A stretch of 64,000 nucleotides of DNA from Octopus sinensis. Taxonomy: Eukaryota. Positions 1-15,086 of this stretch are shown here, one piece after another. Made by a program: the position numbers and the translations under genes. Position 1 is the stretch's first letter. Each line of letters opens with the position of its first letter. The notes under the pieces were generated by a model. The model was given only the letters and a program-made list of their open reading frames with translations. It made no database searches and was not told the origin of the DNA. The stretch spans positions 32,116,001 to 32,180,000 of the forward strand of contig NC_043003.1 of NCBI RefSeq assembly GCF_006345805.1. Reading direction: 5' to 3'.

Positions 1-298
1 TAAAGTATAATAAAGACACATAGCATGATAACGAACTATAATATTTCATTAGAGAACAAGTCTATGGCAAATAAATCCGTGTTACTTACACATGAAGTTT
101 AAGCAATAAATATGACAAAGAAAAGTTGTAATATTTCCAATATTTTTGCTCTGATATTCTGCTTGAGTCGACTTAACTTTTATTAACCAAGAAAGGAGAC
201 ATTAAATAACGATAGCTTAGACTATCACTATACTTACATTATGTGAAGTTGCTAACAAGACTGCACTGAACACATTAATCTCTCTCTGTCTCTGTCAA

Positions 299-300
299 TA

Positions 301-385
<85 letters not shown>

Positions 386-534
386 GTCTATCTATCTATC
401 TATCTATCTATATATATATATATATATATATATATCTAGCTAGCTACCTATCTATATGTCTATCTATCTATCTATTTATCTATCTATCGATCTGCCTGTC
501 TGTCTGTCTGCCTGTCTGTCTGTCTTTCTGGCTG

Positions 535-608
<74 letters not shown>

Positions 609-712
609 CATCCATCCATCCATCCATCCATCCATCTATCTATCTATCTATCTATCTATCCATCTATCTATCTATTCATCCATCCATCTATCTATCTATC
701 TATCTATCTATC

Positions 713-748
<36 letters not shown>

Positions 749-790
749 CTATCTATCTTTCTTTCAATCAATCTATCTATCGATCTATTT
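299..790. repeat. Compound (TATC)n/(TA)n/(TCCA)n microsatellite
   Basis: Directly visible tetranucleotide arrays; they produce the spurious IYLS-repeat ORF 456..980. Confidence 0.97.
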
Positions 791-3700
791 ATTTCCCTTT
801 GTCTTTCTGTATCTGTCTATCTTTTTCTCTTTCTCTCTATCTCACCTTCTGTCTGTCTGTCTGTCTGTCTCTCCCACTCTCTCCCCTCTCCCTCCCACTT
901 TCCCCCTCTCTCTCCCCGTTCATGTTTGGATATGCGTGTTTATGTATGTAGTTATGTATGTACTCATATATGTTTTCTAAGATACTGACATCAGGCTTTC
1001 AGCAGAGATCAGACTTAGCATAAGATGCCCGCTACCTGCCTTCTAAACCTTAAACTTTGCATCAGAGGACTTTAGACTTGAGTGACATAAGAAATTCTGG
1101 TTAATGTGCTTCTGCAGACATTCATTACAGGTTCCATCCTTTCCATCATGGCTTTAGTAGCATGGTTTGTTTTACTCATAGCTGCATTGCAACATGTATT
1201 GGCGTGGCTTTCCTTGATCTCTCTATTACCAAGTATACTGTTTCCCGAAGTTCAGTTTAATGTCCTATAATCGGAATGACATATATGACCGTCTAGCATT
1301 TACTGCTACCCGCCACACACAAAGATAAGTACCATTCTTCTAATTCTATTTTCGTATCTAAAATGTTACTACCTGTACGCAGGCAATATTCCAAGACCGC
1401 ACATTCAAAACAGAGGATTCAACTGGTTGGAAAATACTCTTTTACCAACATAAATACAATTGCTAGATAGGAAGCTAGGAATCTATGAACCCAATAATGG
1501 AACTTATATCATGTCGCTACTACTACAAAAAATAACTGCCAAATGACTCTCAACCATACCATCGTTTATAAAGAGCATATTGCAATTCTGGAAAAGCAGA
1601 TCAGAAAACAAGCAATACTGGCGTAACTAGAAAGTCTTCGACCAGGAGTCTGCACTACGGGAGTTGACAAGTGGCTAAACAATACCGTCAAGTTTCTTAT
1701 AAATCTCTTGTTTCTCTCTTCTGTCTCTCCTATGTGGCATCTGCTTCTCTGAAATTTTAAAGGGGACACTGTCTCCACTCAAAGGACCTTAAATTTCTCA
1801 ATGTCTCTATTAAGCCCCAACTACAGATTCCATCCTTAATGATTTGCTCAATTATTTCCACCAAGATTCTCTCCCAGCTTACAACATTCAGAAATTAACT
1901 TTGAACACTTGCCTATTTTTTGGTCCAGAAAAGTCATAAATTCTGACTCTTGTCTATTGATTTATAGATAAACAGAAAAATTTACATTTTTATTTTAACT
2001 TTTTTTGTAGCAGGTATGTGCTAAGGCCGATTTAATCAAATATTCCCCGACACTCCAGAAATATTGGACTTTTTCTCAGTTTACGAAATGTTTCTTAAAT
2101 TTATATAAAGTAAATCAATAATGTGTGTGTGAGTGTATGTGATAACCACTTTGAATACTCAGATAACAAATCCTTGGATCTGGACAAGTTAACTGGGAAG
2201 AAGAATGCGCTCTCTAAGCTTTTCCCGCATTCAATTTGAACTCAAAATTACTAAATACTCGTTGGTTACGTGATGTTTTTTTTTTAATGTAGTTAGTTAT
2301 CTTAACCTATGACACTTATTGAAAACTAGATGAATTGGTCTGCGAATTGTTAGGTGCGCTGCTTTAGATACGGTGCCAGGTCAAGGTGAGTATGCGAACT
2401 ATCGACCCTTTAGCTACCACGAACAAAATCTTATTCCCTCGGCTATTAGTCACCAGAACGTATATTACTTGATAATTCGCTATAATTGGCCCATTGATTC
2501 TTTCAACAAAGACAATCTCGACAAAAGGCTATAGAAATGGCTTCAATCTAAAATTGATTATAGATGCAGTTCATCAATAGCTGAGCATCATTTGATGACA
2601 CTGATCTCTTCTTATTTGTCTGTACAAAAACCAAAATAAAGAACAAAATAAATAAACACGGCATGATTCCTCGTTAGAAAGGTTTTAAAAATCGATGGGA
2701 TGATACAACAATGCTTGAACCCCGGATTAAAAGTGTTACACAACATCGTTTTTTTTTTTTTGCTCAACTTTCTGAAACTACATCTCACCGAAATTTGATT
2801 TGCTTTTTATCCCTCTGCACTCGATTAGATAAAAAAGCAGTAATAAGATATGGTCAATGTCCTCCATTAATATCGCACCCTAAAATTTCACTTCTGGTGC
2901 GCCTTTATAATCTTAAACCATGCAAAAATAAATGCAATAACCTTCCGTTTCCTGGTTTCTCTATTGATTTTAATCAGTACACTAGGAATTCAAGTATTTG
3001 CATGTATAAACATCATTAACAGCTTGCATTTCATATTATTTTGTATATACTTGACACCCAAACCACAAAGGAGAATTTTAATAAAGTCTTCGATTTCCTT
3101 TTGTTTTTAAAGATTATGTGAGAAAACTCTGGTGGTATGTTTCATGACTGCACTCTAATTCCAACGTTAATGGTCTTACACATTGGCGCAAGACCAAAGA
3201 ATTCTAGGTCAAGCGCATAATCGTTTTGAATTATGAGCAAAGTTAACTATATTGACTTCAAAACTACGAAAGTCAAATATGCCAAAGTGGATTTTGAATT
3301 CAGTTGATAAAAATATGAAACTAACAGTTGTGAAATTAAAAATCTTGTTCCCTATTAGCTTCTCTACTTTTCCATATTTATTGTAGGAAAAAAATTGTTT
3401 CATATGAAAATAAGGCTCCAGATTTTATGTAAGAGATCATAATCGTTTGAATCAAATCATTTGCATCACATACCTTTAGCTTACAGAAAGCGTAGATCTA
3501 TGATTAAGAGATTTTACTTTGTAGTAATTTTCCATTTCTAACCCACTGTATGGGACGTAGAATAACCTTGAGATCGATAAAATCTTGTGAGTAAAATATG
3601 GTGGACTGTCAGGCAGTTTAGCATCACCTCCTGGACCTTGGATGCATTTAACGGAGACCGTTCTACATTCAGTTTAGGTCTACAGTATAAGGATGAACTT

Positions 3701-3899
3701 TTCATACCTCCATCCACAGATGTATTGAAAGGATTTTTCGATGTTCCTCATCTTCTTTTTTATTACGATATCAAGAAAACATTCTTCGGCCTGAAAACTC
3801 AATGTAAGCCTGCCCTGGGTTTGAACTCATTACACAGATAGGACGACATTAATTTATGCTTGGTACTTAGTCCATTTTCTACATCTTCCTCCATTCTAC

Positions 3900-4220
3900 C
3901 ACCCCCGTTTAGCAAAAGGAGAATTAGAGCCGAATATAAGTTGGAAAAATAGACAGGGGAAGCTAATTTTCCCCAGCTTATATTAAGTTTGAGATGTTTA
4001 GAGCATTCCCAATTGAGTTAGTAAATCAATAAAACACTCAACTATATCCACCTTATTTTTGCAGGACATGTGCACATACCTAACAAAACAAGCTATACAA
4101 CGAAAGAAAAGCTCCCATAGTGAAAGGTTCACCAAGGACTTTCGTAAGCTAGAAGTAGCAATTGAATTACCACCAAAATCAGACATTGTTGTCTTAAAAT
4201 ATTAAACAGGATAAACAGTG
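3900..4220 (+). mobile_element. Highly decayed LINE ORF2 C-terminal remnant (possibly RTE-like)
   Basis: Broken translations give 'PNISWKN' and 'IFAGHV', resembling the ISW and (W/F)AGH motifs near RTE-type ORF2 ends. Many stops; boundaries approximate. Confidence 0.3.
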
Positions 4221-5029
4221 TTGTAAAAGAAAAAAAGAAAAAGAAAATATACAGAGTAGTCATAGCATGAATTTCTTTGAACATAAGTCTGCCATTAGAG
4301 CTGACTTATGACTAGAAAGCAACAACAATATAACAACAATGTAACATCTCGTTGAGCTGAATCAGTGTCCAGATTTTAATTATTGATTATAAGCATCTCG
4401 GTACTTGTCGAGTATCAATACTCTAAAGAATGAATGTCACTATTTATCATTTGTCGCCGAATGAAATATCACAAACTGCAGGCTTTATATCAGAAAAAAC
4501 TTGTTGGATTTTCTTTACCCATATGTCATCTAATTTTCAGTATTCCGTTTTTATCCTTCTACTTCTCCTTCTGCTTTTCCTTCTCCTCGTTCTCATCATC
4601 ATTGTTATTATTTGTTTTTACATAATCTTGAAGACGATATCTAGGACAAAAAAGTTGGAACAAGTACATTATAAACGTAATTACAGTAATGAATATTGAG
4701 TACCTTACAATCATTCTGATAATATATATTAATGTTATTATTTACAAAATACCGATGTTTTGGGTGTTCAGATTTAATGGTCCACATGTAGTATATTACC
4801 ATTATAATGAGAAATCAATACGAAATCGACTCTGAGTATTTTTGAACGCATAAAATTGCAGTGTATTATAAATACCAGTAGAGTCGCCACTTTTGCATAT
4901 CATTTTAATATATTTTTAATCTGGAAACAGACGTATTCGCGCTCACACCATAATAGCCACATAGACGTCTCATGTAAAAAACAGAACTACTGATTGTCAA
5001 ACCTTCAATATGATACAAGAGTGATCCTT

Positions 5030-6060
5030 CGCCATTCAGGAATTTGGTAAAAATAAGGTCGTTGAGCTTGATATCAGTAAAGCATGCATAACATTAGAAT
5101 CACTTGTCTAAACAAATCAGGTGTATACCCCACCTTACTCTCATTTTTGGGTCAGAAGCTTTCTGCCAGATCGTACCATCGTTGCTTCTGCAAGTGGACC
5201 TCAATCATCCCCATACTCTGTCAGCGCATATCGTGTAGGTTATCAAATCACGCGTCTTTCAAGCATCGCTTATATCACTGAAAATATTTTTCTTTTACAT
5301 GAAATACTCAATTCTTATATCGCTAACAAAGCTCACACATGCTTAATAATAAAAAAGAAAATTTCATTTATTTTTTATCTATTTTAACCTCGTCTAATAA
5401 ATTTTGTAATATATCCTTGAACCGAAACATAATGGGAATGTGATACACTGTAAAAATCAAGAAAGCAATCTTGAAACTTTTATTTTCTACTTGACACAAA
5501 GCAGTTTGAAGCTACAAATTCATTACAATTTTTTGTAGTTTACATTAACTTCATAGCGCCTTAGAATCCTATTGTGATAACACTGCAGATTTGTGTCTGA
5601 AGTACTGGCCTTTCCTTACAAGGTTAGGCTATGCATGAACTTCTCTATTGCTGACTGTATAAAACTCAATAGAAGCACACTGTGAAATACTGCTTCAACA
5701 TATGGCGTCCTCCTGCTTCTATGCACAGAAGCATTCATGATCACATTCAAAAGAAAACCAAGCGGTTAATTGACAAAAATTACTTAACAGCTTATAACAA
5801 TCACTTGACCACAGAATGCTCTCATCTAGCGTAGCCTTTTCTACTGTACCATAAAGACCACAATCAGCAGGAACTGTCTATTTTAGTACCACTACAAATC
5901 GAAACGTACCAATGTTCCGATTTCTCTTCCTTTTTATTTTTATCAGACATACTACCTCATCCACTCACATCTCATATAAATAATCACCATATTCGTCACT
6001 CCAGAATCAACCTTCTGGAATTTGTTTTGTATCTACGTTTGTTTTGCAGATATTGATGTG
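5030..6060 (+). pseudogene. Decayed CR1-group LINE reverse transcriptase fragment
   Basis: Fragments VELDISKA (cf. VALDISKAFD), WVRSFLPDRTI (cf. WIxSFLSDRSI), LYKTQ*KHTVKYCFNIW...DHIQKKTKRLI (cf. LYKAQIRPxMEYCSHIW...DxIQKKAIRLI) and SLDHR occur in the expected order, with stops and frameshifts. Confidence 0.65.
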
Positions 6061-6636
6061 ATAATATCTAAGCTGTACATTAAATTTCAATACAACAAAT
6101 GCCAGAAAACAATGGCACAGCACCTTCTTTACAACTAAAACATTGCAGAATAAAAGTAAACCTTTAAACTAACCATTGTATTACTGCTATAATCAGCTAT
6201 ATTGTATATTGAGCTATACACATCAGGAATTTAAAAAGCAAGACAACGGAGATGACTTGTACACCAAACATTCAAATTGCCTTTCCTACTGATGCACACA
6301 TCTGTTAGCCATTTGACACCGTCATATCTATTTACAACAATACGGCTGCAGGCAATATGAATTAAACATATTGGCAACATAAACTATATTCGGGCGCTCG
6401 ATGGACATGAAATTATCATCTTTCGATAAGAACCCTCCATTCGAGAGATTTATTCAGCTATTTTCCGGGTTAAATTAAAAGTCATATAACACTTTTCATC
6501 TGTAATATCGCATATCATAATTACAATTGGTGTTTGTATACATGCATGTATACTTATACATACATAGATACATATATATGTGATAAAAGGTGGTTTGTTT
6601 CTAATTATATATATATATATATAAACATATACATAC

Positions 6637-6680
<44 letters not shown>

Positions 6681-6722
6681 AATAAAAAATGGAGTCAACG
6701 CAGGTTTAAACAAGTATTTTTT

Positions 6723-6807
6723 CTTTCTACATATGTTTCAAAAATTCCACTGATACTTATTCAAAAGAATAAAAGTATAAAACAATGCAATCTTCTCTTC
6801 GGGAAAG
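6723..6807 (-). ncRNA. Type I hammerhead-like ribozyme in the PLE 3' repeat (CCGAAGA core)
   Basis: Minus strand: stem I CTTTC/GAAAG, core CCGAAGA, long stem II GAAGATT/AATTTTT (two G.U pairs), GAA, palindromic stem III ACATATGT, GUA site. Homologous to the 28252 copy. Confidence 0.65.
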
Positions 6808-7006
6808 TGAAAAAACGAAACTTGTCAATACGACATTTTAGCAAAAAATGATGGATTCGTATAGCGATAGACAGAACGCTATTAATATTGTTTAAAAAAA
6901 CGTTATATGATATAACGTCATAAGTAGCTAACAGAAAGAGTAGGGATATTAATAGTGAATGTTAAATATAAAGGAAATTAAAATCTAAACTATATAATGA
7001 GAGAGA

Positions 7007-7396
7007 CTACTTATATGCACTAAAAGTATGCTTTTGCCAATGCTTACATCTGTATGCTCGTTCTATAACCGTGTTTACTAGAGTATTTTTAGAAAAAATA
7101 ATGAAAAATAGCTCAGAATTGCAGAGAAGACAGAATTTCTTGCCTTTGTCATATGGTATCGAAATTGAGAGGATCAACCATTCCAAATGAAATTGTTCAT
7201 TGTGGTCTTTTAAATTCCAAATCAGTTTGCTGAGACCGGTACTATTCCGTTTATTTCTATCTCTAAATGTTGAGTGATGGATAGAAATTCTCTTAGATAA
7301 CTCTAACGATGTGCTTCCAATGTAAAATCGTACTTTATTACGAGTACTGATTATACACTGGTATATAGAATTTTTAATCTTAGAGTTACTTGACAT
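7007..7396 (-). pseudogene. GIY-YIG endonuclease domain of a Penelope-like element
   Basis: IYQC...FYIGST...KRISIHHSTF...TGLSKLIWNLK...WLIL...PY...CLLCNSE...RCKHWQK pattern; separated from the upstream RT-side ORF by a break. Confidence 0.85.
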
Positions 7397-7892
7397 AAAT
7401 TTAATTCTATTGGGATTGACTTCAGATACAAAACCTTGTTATTAATATTTCTAGAGGTTGGATGGTAGTAGCTAAATTAATGTTAGTATTAGTAAATGTA
7501 TTAATATTTAACAGTTTGTTATTATGAGAAGATATAATTTGCAAGAGATTTTTTGTGTTTGAAAAACCTATCCTAACCTTATGTGAATTAATTATAGAGT
7601 AATATCTAGAATTATTTGGAAAATTCCTAGCAATAGCTTGACGAAACAGCAGTGGGAGATTAGATTTAATTTGTCTCCCGTAAGGAATTATTAACCAAAT
7701 ATTTTTACTAGTATTCATAGCGTAATTACTTTTGAAGGTGTTATTTTACTTTTAGATCGGTAATAGGGGAATAAATAAGGGTTATCTGCCTTCATTCGCT
7801 TTGTATCGGTGCGTAAGTTATGTTTGTTATCAATAATTCTTTTACGACTAGAAATCTTATCTACATTATTGAATTACAATATATATACATAC

Positions 7893-7933
<41 letters not shown>

Positions 7934-8276
7934 TATATATATAGGTAGATATATACATACAGAGAGGGAGAGTCAGACGGACAGACATACAAACCGATAG
8001 ATAAATAGATAGATAGGTATATATTATGTAAAATTAAAATTTGAACGGCATATTTTACCACAGTACTGTACCACTGCTTTATCTCCAATATGGTGAAACA
8101 GAGCGAATTTAACAATAAAGACATATGTTCTAAAATTATAATAAAAACAAGACATTCAGGTGTAACAAATAAAGCATGCATAGAAATATAAACAAACGTC
8201 ACCCTATTAGAACGGATGCCTTAATCGAGTTCTCATATATATAAAATGTTGAGCAGATGCAAAAGAAGATACAATT

Positions 8277-8403
8277 AGGCGTGGTCGTGCGTTAAGATTT
8301 GGGCTTGCAAACCATGCGGTATTGGATTCAGCACCACTGCGTGGTACACTGGGCAAGTGTCTTCTACTAGAGCCTGGTAGACAAAAACTGTGAGAAGCCC
8401 TTC
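8277..8403 (+). mobile_element. tRNA-derived SINE head (family 1), partial
   Basis: Pol III box-like head followed by GGGCAAGTGTCTTCTACTA, shared with copies at 9.9, 22.8, 40.7 and 57.3 kb. Confidence 0.7.
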
Positions 8404-8421
8404 ATATATGCATACATACTC

Positions 8422-8466
<45 letters not shown>

Positions 8467-9174
8467 TCGTACATGTGAGTGTGAGTGTGTGCGTGTGTGT
8501 GTGTGTGTGTATGTATGTGTGTGTGTGTGTGTTTATGTGTGTGTGAGTGTGCGTTTATGTGAGTGTGCGTTTATGTGTGTGTGTGTGTATGTCATTGTGT
8601 TTCTTCTCCCTCACTGCTTGACAACCCCGTAACTTAGCGAGCTGGCAAAAGTTAAACGTTTCAATAAATACTGGACTTAAAATTCAAGTACTAAGGTTGA
8701 TCTATTTGTTCCACTAAAACGTTCAGGTCCTTACACAAGCTTATCAGCAGTTCGACAACTGAGACAACAGATATTAATCTAGTATTTAATGATATTTTTA
8801 AAGTAATCTTGGTAAATATATCTGTTAAAATGAGATGTCTGTGTTATTTCAATTTTTACGTAATTTATACATATATAGTATATATCCACACATATGTATG
8901 TATGTATATATATATATATGCGTTTACATATATGTATATCACTGTGCAAGTATGGACAAATCATCATGATAATGTTCTATTCCATTATGACCCACAGCTA
9001 ATTTTTTTCCAACCTAAAAAGAACCTCGAAAATCGATAATTAAATGAGAGTAACAGTGTGGTCGATACGATCCACAAACCTAATGGAGGCAGTACCCCAC
9101 ATAGCTGCAGATCTTTTACTGAAAGATAGAAAATGATCACGGAATATCTATCTATCTATCTATCTATCTATCTA

Positions 9175-9218
<44 letters not shown>

Positions 9219-9232
9219 CTCTATGTGTGTGT

Positions 9233-9312
<80 letters not shown>

Positions 9313-9325
9313 TATACATATATAT

Positions 9326-9357
<32 letters not shown>

Positions 9358-9624
9358 CTATATATATACATATGTGTGGGTATGTGTTTCTGTGTATATA
9401 TATATTCATTAAATATATATGCATGTTATTTTTCGTGGGTACATTTAAATCACACACTCCTTAACAAATTCACCGACGGGCACAGGCGCCGACATGTATA
9501 CATATATGTGCCTATATGTTGGTATCTCTTGAGTTCAAAACCATTTACTCTATCTCCGATCCGAACTCTGTCGCCCATCATCGCACTCTCACCACACATA
9601 CGCGTGAATATATATATATTCTTT

Positions 9625-10030
9625 TATTCTTTTACTTGTTTCAGTCATTTTGACTGCGGCCATGCTGGAGCACTGTTTTTAGTCGTGCAAACCGACCCCA
9701 TGACTTATTTTTTGTAAGCCTAGTACTTATTTTATCGGCTTCTTTTGCCGAACCGTTAAATTACGGGGACGTAAACACAACAACATCGGTTGTCATGCGA
9801 TGTTGGGGGAGGGGGCACACACACACAAATACACACATACATATATACACACACACATACATATATATACGACAGGCTTCTTTCAGTTTCCCTCTACCAA
9901 ATCGACTCACAAGGCTTTGGTTTGCCCGTGGCTATAGTAAAAGATACTTGCCCAAGGTGCTACGCAGTGGGACTGAACCCGGAACCGTGAGATTGGTAAG
10001 CAAGGTACTTACCACATAACCACTCCTGCA
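9625..10030 (-). mobile_element. tRNA-derived SINE (family 1), near full length with internal (CA)/(TA) tract
   Basis: Colinear with 57068-57470; minus-strand head AGGAGTGGTTATGTGGTAAG...GGTTCAGTCCCA. Confidence 0.85.
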
Positions 10031-10032
10031 GC

Positions 10033-10084
<52 letters not shown>

Positions 10085-10223
10085 TGTGTGTTTGTGTGTG
10101 TTTGTGTGTGTGTGTGTGTGCATGTGTGTGTGTGTGTGTGCATGTGTGTGTGTGTGTGTGTATGTGTGTGTGCCAGAGTATTTGTGCGATTTGTTTTGAA
10201 TATCTAGATATATGATATATATA

Positions 10224-10264
<41 letters not shown>

Positions 10265-10333
10265 TATGCTCACACATCCAGATACACAACTCGCACACAA
10301 ACATACACACATACATACATGTTTGTGTATGTG

Positions 10334-10373
<40 letters not shown>

Positions 10374-10841
10374 ATATATACAGAGAGAGGGAAGAAAGAG
10401 AGAGATAGTGAGAATAAAACAGAGATGTAGAGCAGTAAACACCCATTTAATATGTAAATAACTGATCATATTTTGGCAGAGCAGGTTTGTAGGTGTGGCA
10501 TGACTTCTATTAAGTATTATGGATATATACAATATTATTAATTTACTAGTTTAATTTAAACCATAATGCATGCTAATAAGACCGAATATTGCGCTGTTCA
10601 TACTACATTATCAATAAAACACAAACTTAATCGTATATCTGGAGCTATTGATTTTTTAGTATATTATTTACTTATTAAATAGTTCATGTATATCTCAGAT
10701 ATAACCTGTAAGTAATTAGTAGATATTTGGATATCATAGCGTGATACGAATATCAGCAAAGGTGCAGAATCAATTCTGAAATATTTATCTTAGAGCCGAA
10801 ATAGTAGAATAACACAATGTGTTTGCCAATATGTGCATAAA

Positions 10842-10873
<32 letters not shown>

Positions 10874-11176
10874 CTCATTTATAGTGATTAACCAAAATTC
10901 AAACAAGAGCGAGAGGTCTATTTATTCCATTTGTTGACTGTTGTTCCGTTTGTTGTCAGTCGTTTCCAGTTACACTATCACGTTACTATATCCAGTTACT
11001 GTGAGCACTATTGGATTCTCTAAATCCCTGTGCCTGTTTGATATGTCTGTCTATGTATGTATGTATGTATGTATGTAGTATGTATGTATGTATGTATGTA
11101 TGTATGTATGTACGTACGTATGGTATGTATGTATGTATGTATGTATCTATCTATCTATATATCTATCTATCTAATA

Positions 11177-11486
11177 TTGACCGAGGTTACCGTGGTCTTT
11201 TCCGTAGGCTTTTCTTCCCACGGATAAACCTTGTTTGCTTCCCCTTTACACCTTACATCATGACACTGTGATACACGATCCCTATTGATCGTTTTTTCTT
11301 CTTTTTTTTCTTTTCCTTTTTTGTTTCTTTTCTTTTCTTTTTTTCTTCTTCTTTCTGCCTTCCCTTTTACGATCCCTTTTGATTGAAAACCTACCCCACC
11401 TTTATATTTTTTCTCTCCCCCAAAATGAAAAGCTCTACTTTGTAATCTGTCCCGCCTGTGTGCAGCCCTGTGTGGCTAATAAAGAA

Positions 11487-11487
<1 letters not shown>
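11177..11487 (+). mobile_element. Solo 3' UTR of the Tx1/L1-like LINE
   Basis: Matches about 53290-53618 (GGTTACCGTGGTCTTTTCCGTAGGC ... GTGCAGCCCTGTGTGGCTAATAA); flanked on both sides by (TATC)n. Confidence 0.9.
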
Positions 11488-11574
<87 letters not shown>

Positions 11575-11583
11575 GTCTGTCTC

Positions 11584-11620
<37 letters not shown>

Positions 11621-11647
11621 TTATCTATCTATCTATCTGTATGTCTG

Positions 11648-11704
<57 letters not shown>

Positions 11705-12296
11705 ATATCTATCTATCTATCTATCTATGGATATAGATATAAAAAGAGATAATGGGCTGTGTGCGTTCGTGTATGTGAACTCATTTATATGCATTGCATT
11801 ATAAATACATACATTACTTGTATTCAATATGTATGGTTCCCTGTTTGCATGAACGTGCGAAGATATTTAAATACTTGTACAATTGTTTCTTCCTCTACAT
11901 TTGCTATGGCGTACCACACGCAAAGTTGACTCGTTTATTCGTTCAAAATCTTCGCATGATCCATTCATCTGATACCCTTGTTCTAAACTTGCTTTTCATG
12001 CTTCGCAGATTTTTCCAATTATCGCATTTCTCTCGACGTGTTCAATAATACCAAATTTTGAAGTGTAATTTGAGCAGTACCACGATATGCACACACACAC
12101 ACACACACATGCGCGCACACACGCAAGCATACACACACACACATCAACACACACACACACACACACAAGCAGATACACACACTCACAAGCACGCACATAT
12201 CCACAAACACACTCATTGTGTATCTATCTGTTAATCTATCGATATACATATACGTTTATGCATCTACATATACATGTGTGTGCGAGTGTGTGTGTA

Positions 12297-12380
<84 letters not shown>

Positions 12381-13315
12381 GGGTGTGTGTATTACGTGTT
12401 TAAACACAGGGAAACACTGACACGCACACCACCATACACACACATGCTCTCACACACGCGCAGAAGATAATCTTTATATTCTTAATATTTAGAATCGGGT
12501 GCCTTTCGAAATTTTGCAGATAGTATCTATGTCTTTATACGCTATACACTTACATTTCAGGATATACCCTATACACACACGGTTAATGTAGTTTTATAGT
12601 AAACTTCGCGTTACGACAGAGGGTTTCGCTTTTCATCAAAACAAATCTGTACTTAGTCAAAAGACCACATAAGCAGCTATAGATCAATTTCGGTTTTTAC
12701 ATACTACGTTTATTATAATCTACAGCAAATCCCCAAAGTTTTGTTGTTGCTGATTTTTTTTTATTAAAAAAAAAAATTTAATGCTACAATTTTCACATAT
12801 ATCTGTACGTGTGTGTGTGTGTGTGTGTGAGTGTGTGTGTGTGTGTGTGTGTGCGTGTTTGTGTGTGTACGTATGTAAATATACACAGGCACACCTACAC
12901 TTTCATAGTCATATACATGTTTATACATACGTAATGCAATTATATGGTTGATAAGTTACCAGCTTGAATAAAACAAGAGAATATGCGAGTCAATGAGTGG
13001 TTAGAAATGGGTGAGATATATGGAAAAGAGACAGAGTGAGAGAGATGGGGAGAGAGACAGAGAAAGGGAGAGAGAAATACAGAAAGAAAGACAGAAGAAA
13101 ACCGAGATAGAGAGAGGAGCATTTATGCATATTGTAGTGATACTCAGCGTTGATGTGTTGAGTTTCATGCTGTTCATTCTAGGAGCAATGCTTTCAGTGC
13201 CTAAGGATTATGAGAGAGTTGTATGCAAGATCCAAACGCAAAGAATTTTAATATGAAATAATCAGAATGCCTTTTGCACGGGAATCATATGCAATGCACA
13301 TTCTTCTCTCTACCC

Positions 13316-13355
<40 letters not shown>

Positions 13356-13470
13356 CAAATATATATATATATATATACACAAAACATATTATATATATAT
13401 CTATATAATATAGATATATACAACATACATATTATAAGATATATTTATAGATATTATATAATATATATAT

Positions 13471-13508
<38 letters not shown>

Positions 13509-13661
13509 ATACACATACATGTATTTTCTGCATATACATACAGATAATTAAAAAGATATATACATCGATGATTAGATAGATAGACAGATAGATAAATTGA
13601 GAATGGGTACAAATATACATACATGTATACATACATAGGATATTATACATACATATATATA

Positions 13662-13709
<48 letters not shown>

Positions 13710-14008
13710 TGTGTGTATGCGTTTGTGTGATTGTATATGTGTGTGTGTGTGTGTGTGTATTATTCTCAACACATATAGTATGTTGTATATCGTATTATGA
13801 ACCCTCAAAATGGGATCTAGATGTCACATCTGCTCGCGTTACGATTAACTCCCGATTTGCACAGGCTTGTCTGTACTTGTATATACCATACATTACATAC
13901 GATGAATAATAAATATATAAATGAAATTCTGCACCATACATGCGCTGGCAGATTATATGCATGTATTTAGATATATACATATACACGCAAAATTATATAT
14001 ATATGTAC

Positions 14009-14039
<31 letters not shown>

Positions 14040-14363
14040 CGTGCGTATGTATACAGTGCGTTAGACATAGAAACACACAGGTAGCGACAGAAAGCGTTAG
14101 ATAGATATATAGTTGCATGTATATATATATATATATGTATATACAGACTCACACACATTGCGTAGAGCGTGGAGGATAGCAAAAATCGAACACCAAGAAA
14201 TAATAACCCAATTCTCATGTATCACAGTTTGACTCTCCCCTTGAGCTTAGGTGTAATTCATATATGTATATGCCCATTCAGTTACACAAACACACACATA
14301 TATATGCACAAAAATATATACATATATACTATACATAGAGATGTATGTAGATACATATTTATA

Positions 14364-14596
14364 CGGAGGGGTGCTGAATATTTCCTGTCTTTGCTTAAAA
14401 GAAAATATAGGAAGGTCAGTTAATTGTGATTTTATTCAACATATTCACCTGTTCGATTCACACACTTAGTGCAGCAGTCCTCCGGTTTTCTTTTTTCTTT
14501 TTCTTTTTTTTTTTTTGAAACCCTATACATGAACTCGGAAAGTTGGGCCTCCAACCAGGCATTGCGCAACATACCTAAGGACAGCAACATCCCTTG
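14364..14596. mobile_element. Non-autonomous mariner/Tc1-type MITE, decayed
   Basis: Starts TA|CGGAGGGGTGCTGAATATTTCCTG; interior TTTTATTCAACATATTC...GCAGCAGTCC matches the 30812-31532 element; the right TIR is degenerate. Confidence 0.55.
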
Positions 14597-15035
14597 TATA
14601 TGAACTTACATACATATAAGCATGTAGGTGCTTACATACACACTCACACACTCACATACATATATACATATGTATATCAATATATGATTATGCATATATA
14701 TATTATATACATATATCATAGAGTTATACAGGTAAATGGGTGTGTGTATGTTTGTGTGTGTAGGTAAGTCTGGATATTTAAACATTACTATGTAACGCAG
14801 GTGAGGAAGAAAAATAACAGAGAAATGAACGTAACGCGATGCCGTTGCTATGGCACATAGAGTTAGTAATTAAAATATATATCCTAATAGCTGCAGATGA
14901 TTTCATTTCCAGCTAAGCTGGAATATATATAGGGATAGAAAGTGAGGGAACCTGTTGCTTCTGCTAAACATTAACATCTATCTATCTATCGATCTAACTA
15001 TATCTGCATATACATTCATACATACACATACACAC

Positions 15036-15086
<51 letters not shown>

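Larger units (their letters stand above)
6680..7790 (-). mobile_element. Penelope-like element, 3' fragment (RT C-terminal region + GIY-YIG + terminal repeat)
   Basis: ORF 7422-7718 (IWLIIPYG...NFP...INSHKVRIGFSNTKNLLQIISSHN) matches the PLE post-RT region. ORF 7007-7396 is a GIY-YIG domain. A hammerhead-like fold lies about 200 bp downstream, and the element ends in (TA)n. Confidence 0.85.

Noticed and set aside
456-980. 174-aa ORF and the many [16 protein letters not shown]/poly-X ORFs across the window
   Set aside because: They are translations of microsatellites, which lack stops in some frames; no domain content.
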